Positions 1 to 9,969 of a stretch of DNA of 64,000 nucleotides are shown here, piece by piece. The DNA is from Candidatus Parvarchaeota archaeon (lineage in GTDB: Archaea; Nanobdellota; Nanobdellia; WJKC01): NCBI GenBank assembly GCA_030615175.1, contig JAUWZX010000001.1:652044-716043 (forward strand). Direction: 5' to 3'. A program made the position numbers and the translations under genes. The notes below the pieces were generated by a model. The model worked only from the letters and a program-made list of their open reading frames with translations. It had not been told where the DNA came from and did not search any database. Position 1 is the first letter of the stretch. Every line of letters starts with the position of its first letter.

Positions 1-2034
1 CTCATCCCTCCATATGTCAGGGTATCCTGGACCGTAAAGAATAATGTATAACCCAACCATTTTCGCTTCCTTCCTGTAAGCCTGAGTGAATCCTTCTAAT
101 TCAGAAGTTAAGATAATCGAATCATACTTTAACTGGTAAGCTTTATCGCTTGTAGGTTCCTTCTCAAAGTCAATTGCCTTAATCCTCAATGATTCAATTT
201 TTGCTATAATCTCATTGCCAAGGTCTTCCTGTTCAAGAGTGAAGTTATAATTCTTGCGTATTTCAATGACTGCCCTCTTCTTCTTTAACTTATCAGCCTC
301 TTCCCATCCATCATTGCGCGCCCTGTCAACTGCGTTAATATATTCATCGCCCAGTCCTCTTAGAACTGCTGCACTCCATTCACCATTAAAGTTAAACCAG
401 CTCCTGCCGCTCCACTCATCACAATTCCAGTTAATATTTAATCTTATGAAATCATTCTCAAGCACTTGCTTCCACTCGCTAAGACTTAATCCCTCAAATT
501 CATCTCCCCATATTTCAGCAGTTCCAGGAGTGTAAATCATGACGTAAGGACCTACCTGTCCCATGTCATCACAAAGCAGTGAGTCGCCAGTGCCTTGAAA
601 CTTTCCTTCAAGAAGAGTAATATTATATTGAAGCGCGTAAATGTTATCAGGAGTGAGTCCTGCTGCTTCAATAGCTTCAACTTGTTCAACAATTGCGTTA
701 ACGTCGTCAATGATTTCATTAGCAATCTCCCTGTTCTCAGGAGTAATCGTGAACGTTTCAAGATATTCTTTGAGTCTGCCGGCAACCTCTAACTCCTTTG
801 CTTCTTCTTCAGCATCACTCCTTCCGCGCTTAATGGCATCCCCATACGTTATCCTGCTGTCCCTGTCAAGGTCGCCTCCAAGCCACATATTAGTCCTGTC
901 CTCATAACTATCCTCCCAGCAGTTAAATCGTAATCTGAATCCCTGGCGCGTTGCGCTTTCATAGAATTCAAGGTCTCCAAATTCAATGTTGCCGAACTCG
1001 TTTTCCCATAGATTAGCCTTTCCAGGACCATTCAGTTTAGCATAATCACAAGCTTCCTTTACTCCTGAGCCTGAAGTACTGTCTGATATCCCTCTCAACA
1101 TTCCTTCAGCCACTCTCTGAGCATAAGCAAGGTTGTAAGCAGTCTCGTCTGAAGGGTTTGCGTCAAAAGCTTCTGCCTTAGCCCTTATGTCATTAATTAC
1201 TTCAAGCAATTGGTCGCCGAGTGATGAGGAAACAACAGTAACCTGTCCTTTCAAAGCATTCTTTCTCTGCTCATCCTCCCAATCCCAGTAATCCTGCTCA
1301 GCTCTCTTAACATCAGCCTCATTAACATCCGGGAACTCGTTCCATTGAATATTAAAATCAGCTCCAACCTTTTGCTCAAAATCATGCTCCCACCTGTTAA
1401 AGCCAAAGCGAAGTTTTTCATTAACATTCTTCCAATTACTAACCCTTATATTCCCATCCTCGGTCCAGTGGTCAGGCTCTCCTCTTGAATTAATCATTAT
1501 GTACGCCACGAATTCATCCCAGTCAGCATCACTTAGTCCTGCAAAGACTGAAGCACTTGCCCTGGCAAGGTAACTAAGTTTCCTGCACTCTAAATTCATG
1601 TCATAATAACTTCCTGAATCTACTTGAGCCGCGCAGTCACTAATATAGCCAATAATTACACTGGCAGCGTTCTGCTCGTCAGCGCTTAAAACAAGAGTTG
1701 CCGCGTAGTCCTCTATGCTTTCTTCACGCTTCACAACTTCTGTAGAAACACAGTCAAGAGGGCAATTATCATAACTCTCCCCCTTCTCTCTTTCGCAGAT
1801 AGTATCCCCGCACACTGCTCCGCAGTCATTTTCAGGGCTTATAATGCAAATCCATTCTCCATCTGAACAACCGCACCATGCAACTTCACTCCCGTCAGGG
1901 CAGGAGTAGTATTGCACGTCTCCTTCAATGCACGTGTCCTCTCCTGTTGGAGTCTCATTTGCATTTACAGCTGCCACGCCCTGAGGCATCATGGAAGTTA
2001 ATAGTATTAACATTAAAAACAGAGTCTTCCTCAT
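1..2034 (-). CDS. Large secreted/surface protein, 3'-truncated by the window edge (>678 aa), with a Cys-rich N-terminus and ~165-aa internal repeats
   Basis: Not in the ORF track because it has no stop in the window. Manual translation from ATG 2034 gives a signal peptide MRKTLFLMLILLTSMMPQGVAA and the motif CGDTICEREKGESYDNCPLDC, and the frame is open to position 1. Confidence 0.85.
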   Translation of the reverse strand, partial: MRKTLFLMLILLTSMMPQGVAAVNANETPTGEDTCIEGDVQYYSCPDGSEVAWCGCSDGEWICIISPENDCGAVCGDTICEREKGESYDNCPLDCVSTEVVKREESIEDYAATLVLSADEQNAASVIIGYISDCAAQVDSGSYYDMNLECRKLSYLARASASVFAGLSDADWDEFVAYIMINSRGEPDHWTEDGNIRVSNWKNVNEKLRFGFNRWEHDFEQKVGADFNIQWNEFPDVNEADVKRAEQDYWDWEDEQRKNALKGQVTVVSSSLGDQLLEVINDIRAKAEAFDANPSDETAYNLAYAQRVAEGMLRGISDSTSGSGVKEACDYAKLNGPGKANLWENEFGNIEFGDLEFYESATRQGFRLRFNCWEDSYEDRTNMWLGGDLDRDSRITYGDAIKRGRSDAEEEAKELEVAGRLKEYLETFTITPENREIANEIIDDVNAIVEQVEAIEAAGLTPDNIYALQYNITLLEGKFQGTGDSLLCDDMGQVGPYVMIYTPGTAEIWGDEFEGLSLSEWKQVLENDFIRLNINWNCDEWSGRSWFNFNGEWSAAVLRGLGDEYINAVDRARNDGWEEADKLKKKRAVIEIRKNYNFTLEQEDLGNEIIAKIESLRIKAIDFEKEPTSDKAYQLKYDSIILTSELEGFTQAYRKEAKMVGLYIILYGPGYPDIWRDE

Positions 2035-2111
2035 TAATGTAATCATAAGACTCATCAGGTATATAAATATTTTCAAAACTCTTAAAAGAGGATTTCACGT
2101 TTAATTCTTTC

Positions 2112-2717
2112 ATGCCTAAAAAGAAAAAAAAGGAAGAAGCCAAGGAGGTAGTTATTGACTTGTCAAGCCTTGCCAGGAAGCCGTGGCGCACTGCAGCAAT
2201 TATTCTTGGAATAACTTTAATGATTATAATATTAATACAGATTAATTCAACGCCGGTAAACACTGCATCAGCCCTGCCTGAAAGCATTCAATTAATAATA
2301 AATGACATTTACTCCGCATACCCTGAACACTTAGGATTACTGTTATATTTATTTGGGAATCCAATGGCTGAGAATAACTTCACTGAGACAAGTTTCCCTA
2401 ACTCAATGACTGATGACGTTGTTAACATTAAATTCTTTTACTCGCCTAGAAGTATTTCAAGCGTTAGAACTAAAGCGTTCACGATTAATGATTTAGAAGC
2501 ATTACTTGGCAATAAGACTGACATTGAATACATTAATGTTGAACGCGTAGACGTTGAAATAATTAATGAAACGCTTAATAAATTCATTGATTACTTAACA
2601 ATTGTTCCTGCATTAGTCATTAATGACAAATACATTGTTAACGGCGAGGTTGACACCCGCTCAGTGCTTGAATTAGTGTGCAATGAATATGCTGAGAAAC
2701 CATTAATTTGCACGTAA
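2112..2717 (+). CDS. Membrane-anchored protein with a thioredoxin-like C-terminal domain lacking CxxC
   Basis: One TM helix; IKFFYSPRSISS and VPALVINDKY resemble the thioredoxin/glutaredoxin fold. Confidence 0.5.
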   Translation: MPKKKKKEEAKEVVIDLSSLARKPWRTAAIILGITLMIIILIQINSTPVNTASALPESIQLIINDIYSAYPEHLGLLLYLFGNPMAENNFTETSFPNSMTDDVVNIKFFYSPRSISSVRTKAFTINDLEALLGNKTDIEYINVERVDVEIINETLNKFIDYLTIVPALVINDKYIVNGEVDTRSVLELVCNEYAEKPLICT

Positions 2718-2762
2718 TAATAGAAAAACAATTATAAACAATTAATATATATTATTATCATT

Positions 2763-3326
2763 ATGGCTTACCCGCAGTCATGGACTTGCCCTGCTTGCGG
2801 TAACACTGTTTATAATTCAGGGCAATGCACTATCTGCACTTACAAGCCTAAGGATTTTAAAGGGAAGTTAAAAAAATCTAAATCAGTTAAGAAGGGCGGC
2901 GCCAAGTTATTGAAGCAGAGAATTCTTTCATTCATTATTGATTCATTAATAATTCTTGGAATCTCATTATTCGCGGTGCTGGGCTTCATCTTAAGCATTT
3001 ACATGTCAATTGGCAAGGATTTCATGACAATACTCTTTGCCTTCATAGTCCCTTTAATCTCAGTTCCAATAATAATGCATCCTTTTTACTTCTTATTCTT
3101 TGAAGGACGTTATAATGGACAGACTTATGGCAAGAAAATACTTAAGATAAAGGTTGTCAGGACTGACGGCTCTAAAATCGGCTTCAAAGAGTCAGTAATC
3201 AGGAATTTGGTGCGGATGATTGAGGCATTAACATTATATATTATATCTGTTGTTTTAATCATGAAGTCGCATGAAGGACAAAGACTTGGCGACATTGCAG
3301 CGAAGACCATTGTCGTCTCTGCTTAA
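2763..3326 (+). CDS. RDD family membrane protein with N-terminal zinc ribbon
   Basis: CPACG..CTIC; QRILSFIID, GQTYGKKILKIKVV, QRLGDIAAKTIVV. Confidence 0.9.
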   Translation: MAYPQSWTCPACGNTVYNSGQCTICTYKPKDFKGKLKKSKSVKKGGAKLLKQRILSFIIDSLIILGISLFAVLGFILSIYMSIGKDFMTILFAFIVPLISVPIIMHPFYFLFFEGRYNGQTYGKKILKIKVVRTDGSKIGFKESVIRNLVRMIEALTLYIISVVLIMKSHEGQRLGDIAAKTIVVSA

Positions 3327-3970
3327 TTTTTCCCATCCCATTCATCAAGGAATTCTTTTAAGTATTGTTTCATGAATTCATGTCTTTTTTCAGCAATTTT
3401 ATTAGCAGTTTCAGTATTCATTAAATCCTTTAATAGTAATAATTTTTCGTAAAAATGATTAATGCTTGTTGTGGGCTTTTTATATTCATCAAAACTTTTA
3501 TGTAATCTGGGCTTAATTCCAGGGTCATGAATCATACGCTTTAATCTTGCCCCTGTTGCAAAACATCTGGCAATACCAATAGCGCCTAGAGCATCTAACC
3601 TGTCAGCATCCTGAACAATCATTCCTTCTTTTGTTTTCATTTCGGATTTAACGCCTGCACCCTTAAATGATAAATCCTTAATTATTTCACAAACGTGCAG
3701 GATATTATCTTCATCAACGCTTAAACTCTTAAGCAAGTCTCTTACTATTACTGGACCAGCAGGGTAATCACTTGAATGAAATTTCCAGTCAGCAATATCA
3801 TGTAATAATGATGCTAATTGAATAATAAATAAGTCAACACTGCCTTCTTGTTCAGCAATTCTTAGAGCCATCTTCCAAACTCTATAAGTATGATGCCAAT
3901 CATGACCAGTAACTTCACTGCCTAATCTTTCTTTAACATAAGTCAATGTTTTTTCAATAACTTCATTCAT
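3323..3970 (-). CDS. HD-domain phosphohydrolase (YedJ/YpgQ-like)
   Basis: GHDWHHTYRV, LLHDIAD, VQDADRLDALGAIGIAR, HFYEKLL; start placed at MNEVIEK. Confidence 0.92.
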   Translation of the reverse strand: MNEVIEKTLTYVKERLGSEVTGHDWHHTYRVWKMALRIAEQEGSVDLFIIQLASLLHDIADWKFHSSDYPAGPVIVRDLLKSLSVDEDNILHVCEIIKDLSFKGAGVKSEMKTKEGMIVQDADRLDALGAIGIARCFATGARLKRMIHDPGIKPRLHKSFDEYKKPTTSINHFYEKLLLLKDLMNTETANKIAEKRHEFMKQYLKEFLDEWDGKN

Positions 3971-3972
3971 TG

Positions 3973-4404
3973 CTATCTCTTGCTGGTCTGCTTGCCTCTT
4001 CTGGCGCTTGACCTGCATGGCTTATGCGGCTCTGTCTGCCTGTCATCAGCAATGAGCAAGTGCCTGTCATAAGATAAGTACTTCTTCCTTAACTCTTCAT
4101 CCTTAAAGAATTCAACTAATCCTTTAGCAATCGTAAGCCTCGCCGCCTCTGCCTGGCTCTGGAACCCGCCTCCTTTAACGTTAACATTAATATTAACTTT
4201 ATTAGCGTAATCACCGGCAAGCACTAAAGGCTCGTTAAGCCTTATCCTTATGAATTCATTGCCGTAAATGCTTAAAGGAATTGAATTTATCTTCACTAAT
4301 CCACTGCCTTTCTTTATTGTAGTCCTCGCTATCGCCCTCTTCCTCTTGCCTGAAACATGCACTACAATCGGCTTTACTTTCTTTACTTTTTTTACCTTCT
4401 TCAT
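3973..4404 (-). CDS. rps9: 30S ribosomal protein S9
   Basis: SGKRKRAIAR, VKGGGFQSQAEAAR, YDRHLL, C-terminal QTSKR. Confidence 0.97.
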   Translation of the reverse strand: MKKVKKVKKVKPIVVHVSGKRKRAIARTTIKKGSGLVKINSIPLSIYGNEFIRIRLNEPLVLAGDYANKVNINVNVKGGGFQSQAEAARLTIAKGLVEFFKDEELRKKYLSYDRHLLIADDRQTEPHKPCRSSARRGKQTSKR

Positions 4405-4823
4405 GATTTCATTCCACCAACCTGCCTGCTTAATTCTCCTATAGTCATGTACTTTAAAATATTACGCTTCTTCATGCTCGCATCTTCTAACTCAACAGCC
4501 CTGCCTTCATATTCCTTTGGCACTCCAATGAATACTTTAACGCGCTTAAATGCCTTAGCGCCATGACTCTTCTTGTAAGGCATCATACCTCTAATAATCC
4601 TCCTCAACATCCTGTCAGGACGCTTTGGAGTGTAAGGTCCTTTAAACGGGTTGCCCCTGTGAATCCTCTCCAAGTAATCTTTAAGTATTGATTTAGGATT
4701 GCCTGTAATAATTGCTTTCTCAGCATTAACAATGACTACGCTCTCGCCTTCCAGTGCCATCTTAGCAATCCTTGTAGCGAGCCTGCCAGCAATCGCGTTC
4801 TCAGCGTTAATTACTTTAACCAA
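4401..4823 (-). CDS. rpl13: 50S ribosomal protein L13 (TTG start)
   Basis: INAENAIAGRLA, NAEKAIITG, PKRPDRMLRRIIRGMMP. Confidence 0.97.
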   Translation of the reverse strand: MVKVINAENAIAGRLATRIAKMALEGESVVIVNAEKAIITGNPKSILKDYLERIHRGNPFKGPYTPKRPDRMLRRIIRGMMPYKKSHGAKAFKRVKVFIGVPKEYEGRAVELEDASMKKRNILKYMTIGELSRQVGGMKS

Positions 4824-5169
4824 TTATCCTCACCTTTTTAGTAGGCTTCTTTGAGTTAAGGAATTCATTAATGCTTATTAACTCACTCTTTGACTCCTTA
4901 ATCTTCTTTTTTGCCTGCTCACTTGCAGTGTAAGCAATGATTTTTAAAGCATGATTTAACTCGCCTGACCCGAGGACTTTCCCGGGCACTATCACTGTCT
5001 CGCCTTTCTTCGTGTTCCTATTTATCCGCGATAAATTAACTGCGCGCCTAATCCTTGAAGGCTTCTCCAGTTCCCTGGCCATCCTGCTCCAGAAACTCGT
5101 TTTCTGCTTCTTCAATTCCTTTATTAAAGCCATTAAGTGCTCATTACTTGGTCCAGTTCTCTTCACCAT
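4816..5169 (-). CDS. rpl18e: 50S ribosomal protein L18e
   Basis: AVNLSRINR, VIVPGKVLGSG; start placed at MVKRTG. Confidence 0.97.
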   Translation of the reverse strand: MVKRTGPSNEHLMALIKELKKQKTSFWSRMARELEKPSRIRRAVNLSRINRNTKKGETVIVPGKVLGSGELNHALKIIAYTASEQAKKKIKESKSELISINEFLNSKKPTKKVRIIG

Positions 5170-5247
5170 GAAGTCCATAGGATTAAAAATTCATTTATAA
5201 ATATTGCTGTGTAAAACTTAAAAGTAATTAATCCCTTATTAAATTTA

Positions 5248-5595
5248 ATGTCCAAGAAGATTCCTGTTAACGTGGAATTAGGTGATGAAGTATTCCTTGT
5301 CACTGGCATCACAATCAAGCATAATGTGCCCGGATTCTTTTTCATTGACTTTAAACAGGCAAAGGAAGTAACTGATAATGTATTCGGAGAAACGAGAACA
5401 GCAATCCAGATTAAGAGGCGTACAATAGCCATTAATGCAGTATTAATAAAGGATTTCATCAGGATTTTAAACCATGCATTAAATAAATACGAGAAATTTT
5501 ACGGAAACATTAAGATGCCTGAAATACCTAAGAAATTTAAGATTAAGCCGAAGAGCAAGGAAATAACTATTTCATCAGAGAATTACATTGGGTGA
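5248..5595 (+). CDS. DUF3467-like protein
   Basis: FFFIDFKQ and KDFIRILNHALNKYEKFYGNI pattern; ends in YIG. Confidence 0.6.
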   Translation: MSKKIPVNVELGDEVFLVTGITIKHNVPGFFFIDFKQAKEVTDNVFGETRTAIQIKRRTIAINAVLIKDFIRILNHALNKYEKFYGNIKMPEIPKKFKIKPKSKEITISSENYIG

Positions 5596-5603
5596 GTGAT
5601 TAA

Positions 5604-6008
5604 ATGCCTAGAAGAATATTAACCCGCTCTAAAAAGAACAGAGTGATTGCAGGAGTATGCATTGGTATTAGTAAATACCTTAATGTTGAACCAGTACTAG
5701 TCAGGTTCGCATTCATACTTGCCTCACTCTTCGGTGGCTGGGGCATCATTACTTACATCCTCTGCTGGGTCTTAATACCAAAGCAGGGTTCAAAAATGAG
5801 TTTATGGGATGAATGGACTGTTAAGCCTGGTGAAATGAAGAGGCGCAGGAGTCCTGCAATGACTCTTGGAACAATAATGCTGTGCATGGGCGTGCTAATG
5901 CTGTTAAATAACTTAAACTTGTTCGGCCTGACTTGGAATTACACGTGGCCCATAATATTAATATTCATCGGGTTAATTATTACCTCATCAAGGAGGCGTA
6001 AAAAATGA
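5604..6008 (+). CDS. PspC-domain membrane protein with a LiaF/DUF5668-like C-terminus
   Basis: LTRSKKNRVIAGVCIGISKYL..VRF..YILCWVLIP; WPIILIFIG. Confidence 0.9.
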   Translation: MPRRILTRSKKNRVIAGVCIGISKYLNVEPVLVRFAFILASLFGGWGIITYILCWVLIPKQGSKMSLWDEWTVKPGEMKRRRSPAMTLGTIMLCMGVLMLLNNLNLFGLTWNYTWPIILIFIGLIITSSRRRKK

Positions 6009-6184
6009 GTGAAAAAAAAGGCGATCGGGTAATCACTTTCGGAATTATGACTTCATTAATCGGCGTATTATTCCTTATCAGCAATATTTTTGATTACAAT
6101 GCCTGGGAATTAATCAGCACTTACTGGCCCTTAATACTTATAGGGGTTGGCGCTTGGGTAATAATCAAGGAATTAAGAAGATGA
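6005..6184 (+). CDS. Small LiaF/DUF5668-like membrane protein (59 aa, not in ORF track)
   Basis: MSEKKGDRVITFGIMTSLIGVLFLISNIFDYNAWELISTYWPLILIGVGAWVIIKELRR; ATGA overlap with the pspC-like gene. Confidence 0.8.
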   Translation: MSEKKGDRVITFGIMTSLIGVLFLISNIFDYNAWELISTYWPLILIGVGAWVIIKELRR

Positions 6185-6232
6185 TTATAAAATAATAGTC
6201 TTTATAAATGAAATCATTACTAGATTTAGAGA

Positions 6233-7135
6233 ATGGCTCTTGATGAAATTTTAAGCAAGCACTCCACTAACTGTAGTAATAAAGATTTTGAAGTTAATGG
6301 AGGATTCCACGTCTGCACTGTCTGCGGTTTATGCATTAAGCCATTACTCGTTAATAAGTTCAGAAGAACTTTTACTAAAGAAGAATCAGATAAGAAGCTT
6401 CATAATGAAAAAGTGTATAAATCTTATGGTTGCAGGACTAAGATTGGGGATTGGAAAATAAAGGATGTGTCAGGCAAGTATATTCCCGGAGAGCAAAAAG
6501 CATTGTATAAAAGACTTCAAAGTGTTCAGAAGTCCAGTAATAGTTCGCTTGAAGTTAATTTCAAAATCCGCGACTCAATGTTCAGGAATTTCGGGAGTAA
6601 AGCGCCCAGGCACATCTTGGATGCTGCACTAAAAATTTATAATACTTCTTACAGGAAGAATTTAATGAGGGGCAGGAGTATTGAAGGTTTTGTTATTTCA
6701 AGCATTTATGCCGGAATGAGGATTTTGAAGCATCCGGTATTCCTTGGACAATTCATTATTGATTCAGATTTTGACTTTGCTGCTAATGATGTGATGGGTT
6801 ACTTGTCAGTAATGAATAAAAATGGCGTTTTCAGGGAGTTAGGTTATAAACTGCAAAAACCAGTTATTCCCTGGGGGGAAATTGAAACTAAATTAAATAA
6901 GGGTTATGATAATCATGAACAAATAATTACTACAGGAGAAGTTTATTCTGTTATGAAGAAGTTTAATAAGATTCCTGAACAGCGCAAAATCGGCAAGGAC
7001 GTTAAAGGAGTTATTGCTGGCCTGGCTTACTTAGAGTTTAAGGATACTGATAAGAAGAGGACTCAGTCATTTCTTGCTAAAGCATTTAATATTACAGAGG
7101 TTACTTTAAGGAATAGAACTAATGATATAAACTAA
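6233..7135 (+). CDS. tfb: Divergent transcription initiation factor IIB (TFB) paralog
   Basis: Zn ribbon (VCTVCG); cyclin repeats RGRSIEGFVISSIY and GKDVKGVIAGLAY; TQSFLAKAFNITEVTLRNR. Confidence 0.85.
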   Translation: MALDEILSKHSTNCSNKDFEVNGGFHVCTVCGLCIKPLLVNKFRRTFTKEESDKKLHNEKVYKSYGCRTKIGDWKIKDVSGKYIPGEQKALYKRLQSVQKSSNSSLEVNFKIRDSMFRNFGSKAPRHILDAALKIYNTSYRKNLMRGRSIEGFVISSIYAGMRILKHPVFLGQFIIDSDFDFAANDVMGYLSVMNKNGVFRELGYKLQKPVIPWGEIETKLNKGYDNHEQIITTGEVYSVMKKFNKIPEQRKIGKDVKGVIAGLAYLEFKDTDKKRTQSFLAKAFNITEVTLRNRTNDIN

Positions 7136-7173
7136 AAATTTATATTTACTGCACGTCTTAACTTTTTTAATCA

Positions 7174-7494
7174 ATGAAGTTGAAACCTGTTTTCAAGCCT
7201 GACTTGCTGAAAGTGATTATTACAATCACAATTTCCTGTTTCTTAATGGCTTTCTTAATTCTCTTTAACACGCGGTTCGTTCCATGCCTGTCCAAGCCAT
7301 TAGTCAGCCCTGAGTACGAACTGAATGTTACTTTCACGCCAAACCTTTGCTCGCTTGGAAGCCCTCTTATAGGAGTCACTATCGAGTTCTACTGGCTTTC
7401 TTATTTAACCATTATTGCCGCTACGGTCTTAGCGCCTTACCTTATTGTATGCTTATTAACTCATTACTTGCAGAAGCCGGGGAAGAAGCGTTAA
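7174..7494 (+). CDS. Hypothetical membrane protein
   Basis: Two hydrophobic helices; fills the gap between genes. Confidence 0.6.
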   Translation: MKLKPVFKPDLLKVIITITISCFLMAFLILFNTRFVPCLSKPLVSPEYELNVTFTPNLCSLGSPLIGVTIEFYWLSYLTIIAATVLAPYLIVCLLTHYLQKPGKKR

Positions 7495-7934
7495 AATATT
7501 TTTTTAAGTTCTTCATACAGGATTGGGTATTTTTTCTCTGACAGGTATATGTAATTTTGCGGCGGAGCAAAGTTCGGATAATCTTTTCTAATCTCTAATA
7601 ACGTTATTGGTTTTTCCAGAGTTATGAATTCATTAATCTTTATTGCTAATCCTTCTTCATGGTTATTATAGTATTTCATGAAAAAGTTTTTTGTGATTCC
7701 TGCTTTATCTTTGCATTTATTCCATAAGTCATTAATATTATTCCTTATCATTTCTTCTTTCTTAATTATCATTGTTATTGCTTTAGTTGGTGATGATTCA
7801 TATATCACGAAGTATTCTTCTAATCGAGTGCCGGGTTTGTCGAATGAAATCTTCCTGAACTCATATTCTTTAAGCCCTCCTATTATTGACTTAACGTGTT
7901 CTGGATGAATGCTGATTAAAATCATAACACTCAA
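7491..7934 (-). CDS. ASCH/PUA-like domain protein
   Basis: LISIHPEHVKSIIGGLKEYEFRK, IYESSP, PPQNYIYL. Confidence 0.85.
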   Translation of the reverse strand: MSVMILISIHPEHVKSIIGGLKEYEFRKISFDKPGTRLEEYFVIYESSPTKAITMIIKKEEMIRNNINDLWNKCKDKAGITKNFFMKYYNNHEEGLAIKINEFITLEKPITLLEIRKDYPNFAPPQNYIYLSEKKYPILYEELKKIF

Positions 7935-7979
7935 TATTAGCTCCTAATTATAATAAGGATTTCGTTTTTAAAGTGTATA

Positions 7980-8201
7980 TTAAGTATTGTATTCTTCTTT
8001 CTTTACGTTAAAACCAATGCCTCTTTTGGCTAACGCATTTAACGCGTATCTTAGAACAATGTATTCATTATCCGGCAAGCAGACAAAGGAACTGCGTGTT
8101 CTTAATAAAGCATTAAAACCGTTAATTTCATCTTTGGAATCAAGTTTAATGCAGAAAGCCGAAGGCTTTCGGGTTTCAAGCCATTTTTCCAGTCCACTCA
8201 T
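7980..8201 (-). CDS. Hypothetical protein
   Basis: 73-aa ATG ORF with host-like codon usage. Confidence 0.5.
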   Translation of the reverse strand: MSGLEKWLETRKPSAFCIKLDSKDEINGFNALLRTRSSFVCLPDNEYIVLRYALNALAKRGIGFNVKKEEYNT

Positions 8202-8299
8202 TTCAATCGATTTTTATCAGACTCTAATTTAAAAACGTTTCGCCCCGGCGCGTTGGCTTTAAAAAACTTTTTTAATTCAGGGCGATTGTACTTTCATTT

Positions 8300-8590
8300 A
8301 TGGTTAAAGTAATTAAGAGGGATAAATCACTTCAAGGTTTCCAAAAGGCTAAGATTATCAGGGCTTGCAAGAGGTCAGGGACTCCTGAACCAGTCGCTAA
8401 AGCAATTGCTTTAATGATTTACAGGAAAGTTAAGAATAAGAAGACAGTCTCCTCTGTTCAGATAAAGAAAATGATTTTCATCATTTTCGCGAAGACGTCA
8501 AAGGCTCCTAAGGAATGGAAATCTTATGCAAAGAAGAAGTATGCAAAGAAACCCAAAAAGAAGAAGAAGAAGTCAAGGAAGAAAAGATAA
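8300..8590 (+). CDS. Stand-alone ATP-cone domain protein with a Lys-rich tail
   Basis: VKVIKRDKSLQGFQKAKIIRAC..VSSVQI. Confidence 0.8.
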   Translation: MVKVIKRDKSLQGFQKAKIIRACKRSGTPEPVAKAIALMIYRKVKNKKTVSSVQIKKMIFIIFAKTSKAPKEWKSYAKKKYAKKPKKKKKKSRKKR

Positions 8591-8692
8591 GTAATCAATT
8601 ATTACTTCCTTTTTAAGTATTAATCCACTCTTGAGTGCTTTATATTCTTAAATTACAAAATATTTTAATAACTACAAACGTTTTTTCCTTTA

Positions 8693-9961
8693 ATGGTAAC
8701 TAATTATAGATTATTAACAACTGATAAATTTAATCCTCACGAATACACTGAAAAAGCTGTTGAATTCATAAAAAAATATGCAGAAGATGGGATGTTCTTA
8801 ATGCTGTCTGGCGGGGTGGATAGTTCAACTTGTTATAAATTATTTGAGAAAGCTGGAGAGTCAATTAAGGCTTACTTCTTAGACACTGGATTCATGAGGC
8901 TTGGCGAGCCAGAAAGAATAAAGGAATTATTTGGCGACAAAGTTAAAGTAATCAATTGCTCAGACGTCTTCTATCCTAAAGTCATGTTCAGGAGTGATGC
9001 TGAAGAGAAAAGAAAGAATTTCAAAAAAGCGTACACTGAAGTGATTAATGATTTAATCAGTAAAAATAATTTATCAATGCTTATTGACGGCACTATACTG
9101 CCTGACTTAGAGGAATCATTCGGGGTTAACATTAATTCATTAAGTGAAGTCATGAGTAGTGAAGAGGAAAAAGAAGTGATGAATGCTGAAAGCTTTATTA
9201 AAAGCCAGCACAACGTTGACATTGATTATAAAGGAATTAAATCAACTATTCAACCAATTGCTTCATTAACTAAGAATCAGGTGAGGAGCCTGGCATCATA
9301 CTTGAAACTGCCTCCTGAAGTAATATTAAGACAAGCGTTTCCAGGACCAGGCTTGTCAGTTAGGACTGTTGGCGAAATAACTCCTAACAAGTTAGAGGTT
9401 GAAAAGTATGCTCAGAAAATAGTTGATGAATCGTTCTTAGAATACTTTGGGAAGACCATGACCGTAAAGAGTGACGGAACCCAAGTCCCGTTCCAGAACT
9501 TTGCTGCAACAATGGATAATAAATCAGGAAGTTACTTTAAATTAAGCAACGTATTTGGTGATGATGATTTATTCAATGATTACGAGGGCTACATCATGAA
9601 GGATGTCAAGGCAACAGGCAAGCACCCGGAGGGCGGCGGCAGGGTTTACGCTAAAGCATTAATGATTCGCGGTCCTTACTATCTCAAGAAATTAAAAGAA
9701 ATTGGACGAGTAATACCTGAATTAACTGATTATGAAATTACTAAAGTTTTATACCAATTAAAGTACTTTAAACGCCTTAAAGAAAACTACTGCATCATCA
9801 TTAATTCATTTGACAGCAAGGACGCTCGTACTGCAACAATAACTGAATTAGATTATAAATTCTTATCAGATATTGCAAGGAAACTGATAAGGCACTCACG
9901 CGTCGACATGGTGGCTTTTAACGTAACTAATAAGCCTCCGGGAACCATTGAATTCGAGTGA
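8693..9961 (+). CDS. guaAB: GMP synthase ATP-pyrophosphatase subunit-like protein (no GATase domain)
   Basis: LSGGVDSS PP-loop, DTGFMR, IKSQHNV, FPGPGLSVR, KPPGTIEFE. Confidence 0.85.
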   Translation: MVTNYRLLTTDKFNPHEYTEKAVEFIKKYAEDGMFLMLSGGVDSSTCYKLFEKAGESIKAYFLDTGFMRLGEPERIKELFGDKVKVINCSDVFYPKVMFRSDAEEKRKNFKKAYTEVINDLISKNNLSMLIDGTILPDLEESFGVNINSLSEVMSSEEEKEVMNAESFIKSQHNVDIDYKGIKSTIQPIASLTKNQVRSLASYLKLPPEVILRQAFPGPGLSVRTVGEITPNKLEVEKYAQKIVDESFLEYFGKTMTVKSDGTQVPFQNFAATMDNKSGSYFKLSNVFGDDDLFNDYEGYIMKDVKATGKHPEGGGRVYAKALMIRGPYYLKKLKEIGRVIPELTDYEITKVLYQLKYFKRLKENYCIIINSFDSKDARTATITELDYKFLSDIARKLIRHSRVDMVAFNVTNKPPGTIEFE

Positions 9962-9969
9962 TTAATTCA

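Noticed and set aside
254..1031. Short ORFs listed in 254-1031
   Set aside because: They are shadows of the long minus-strand gene 1..2034.
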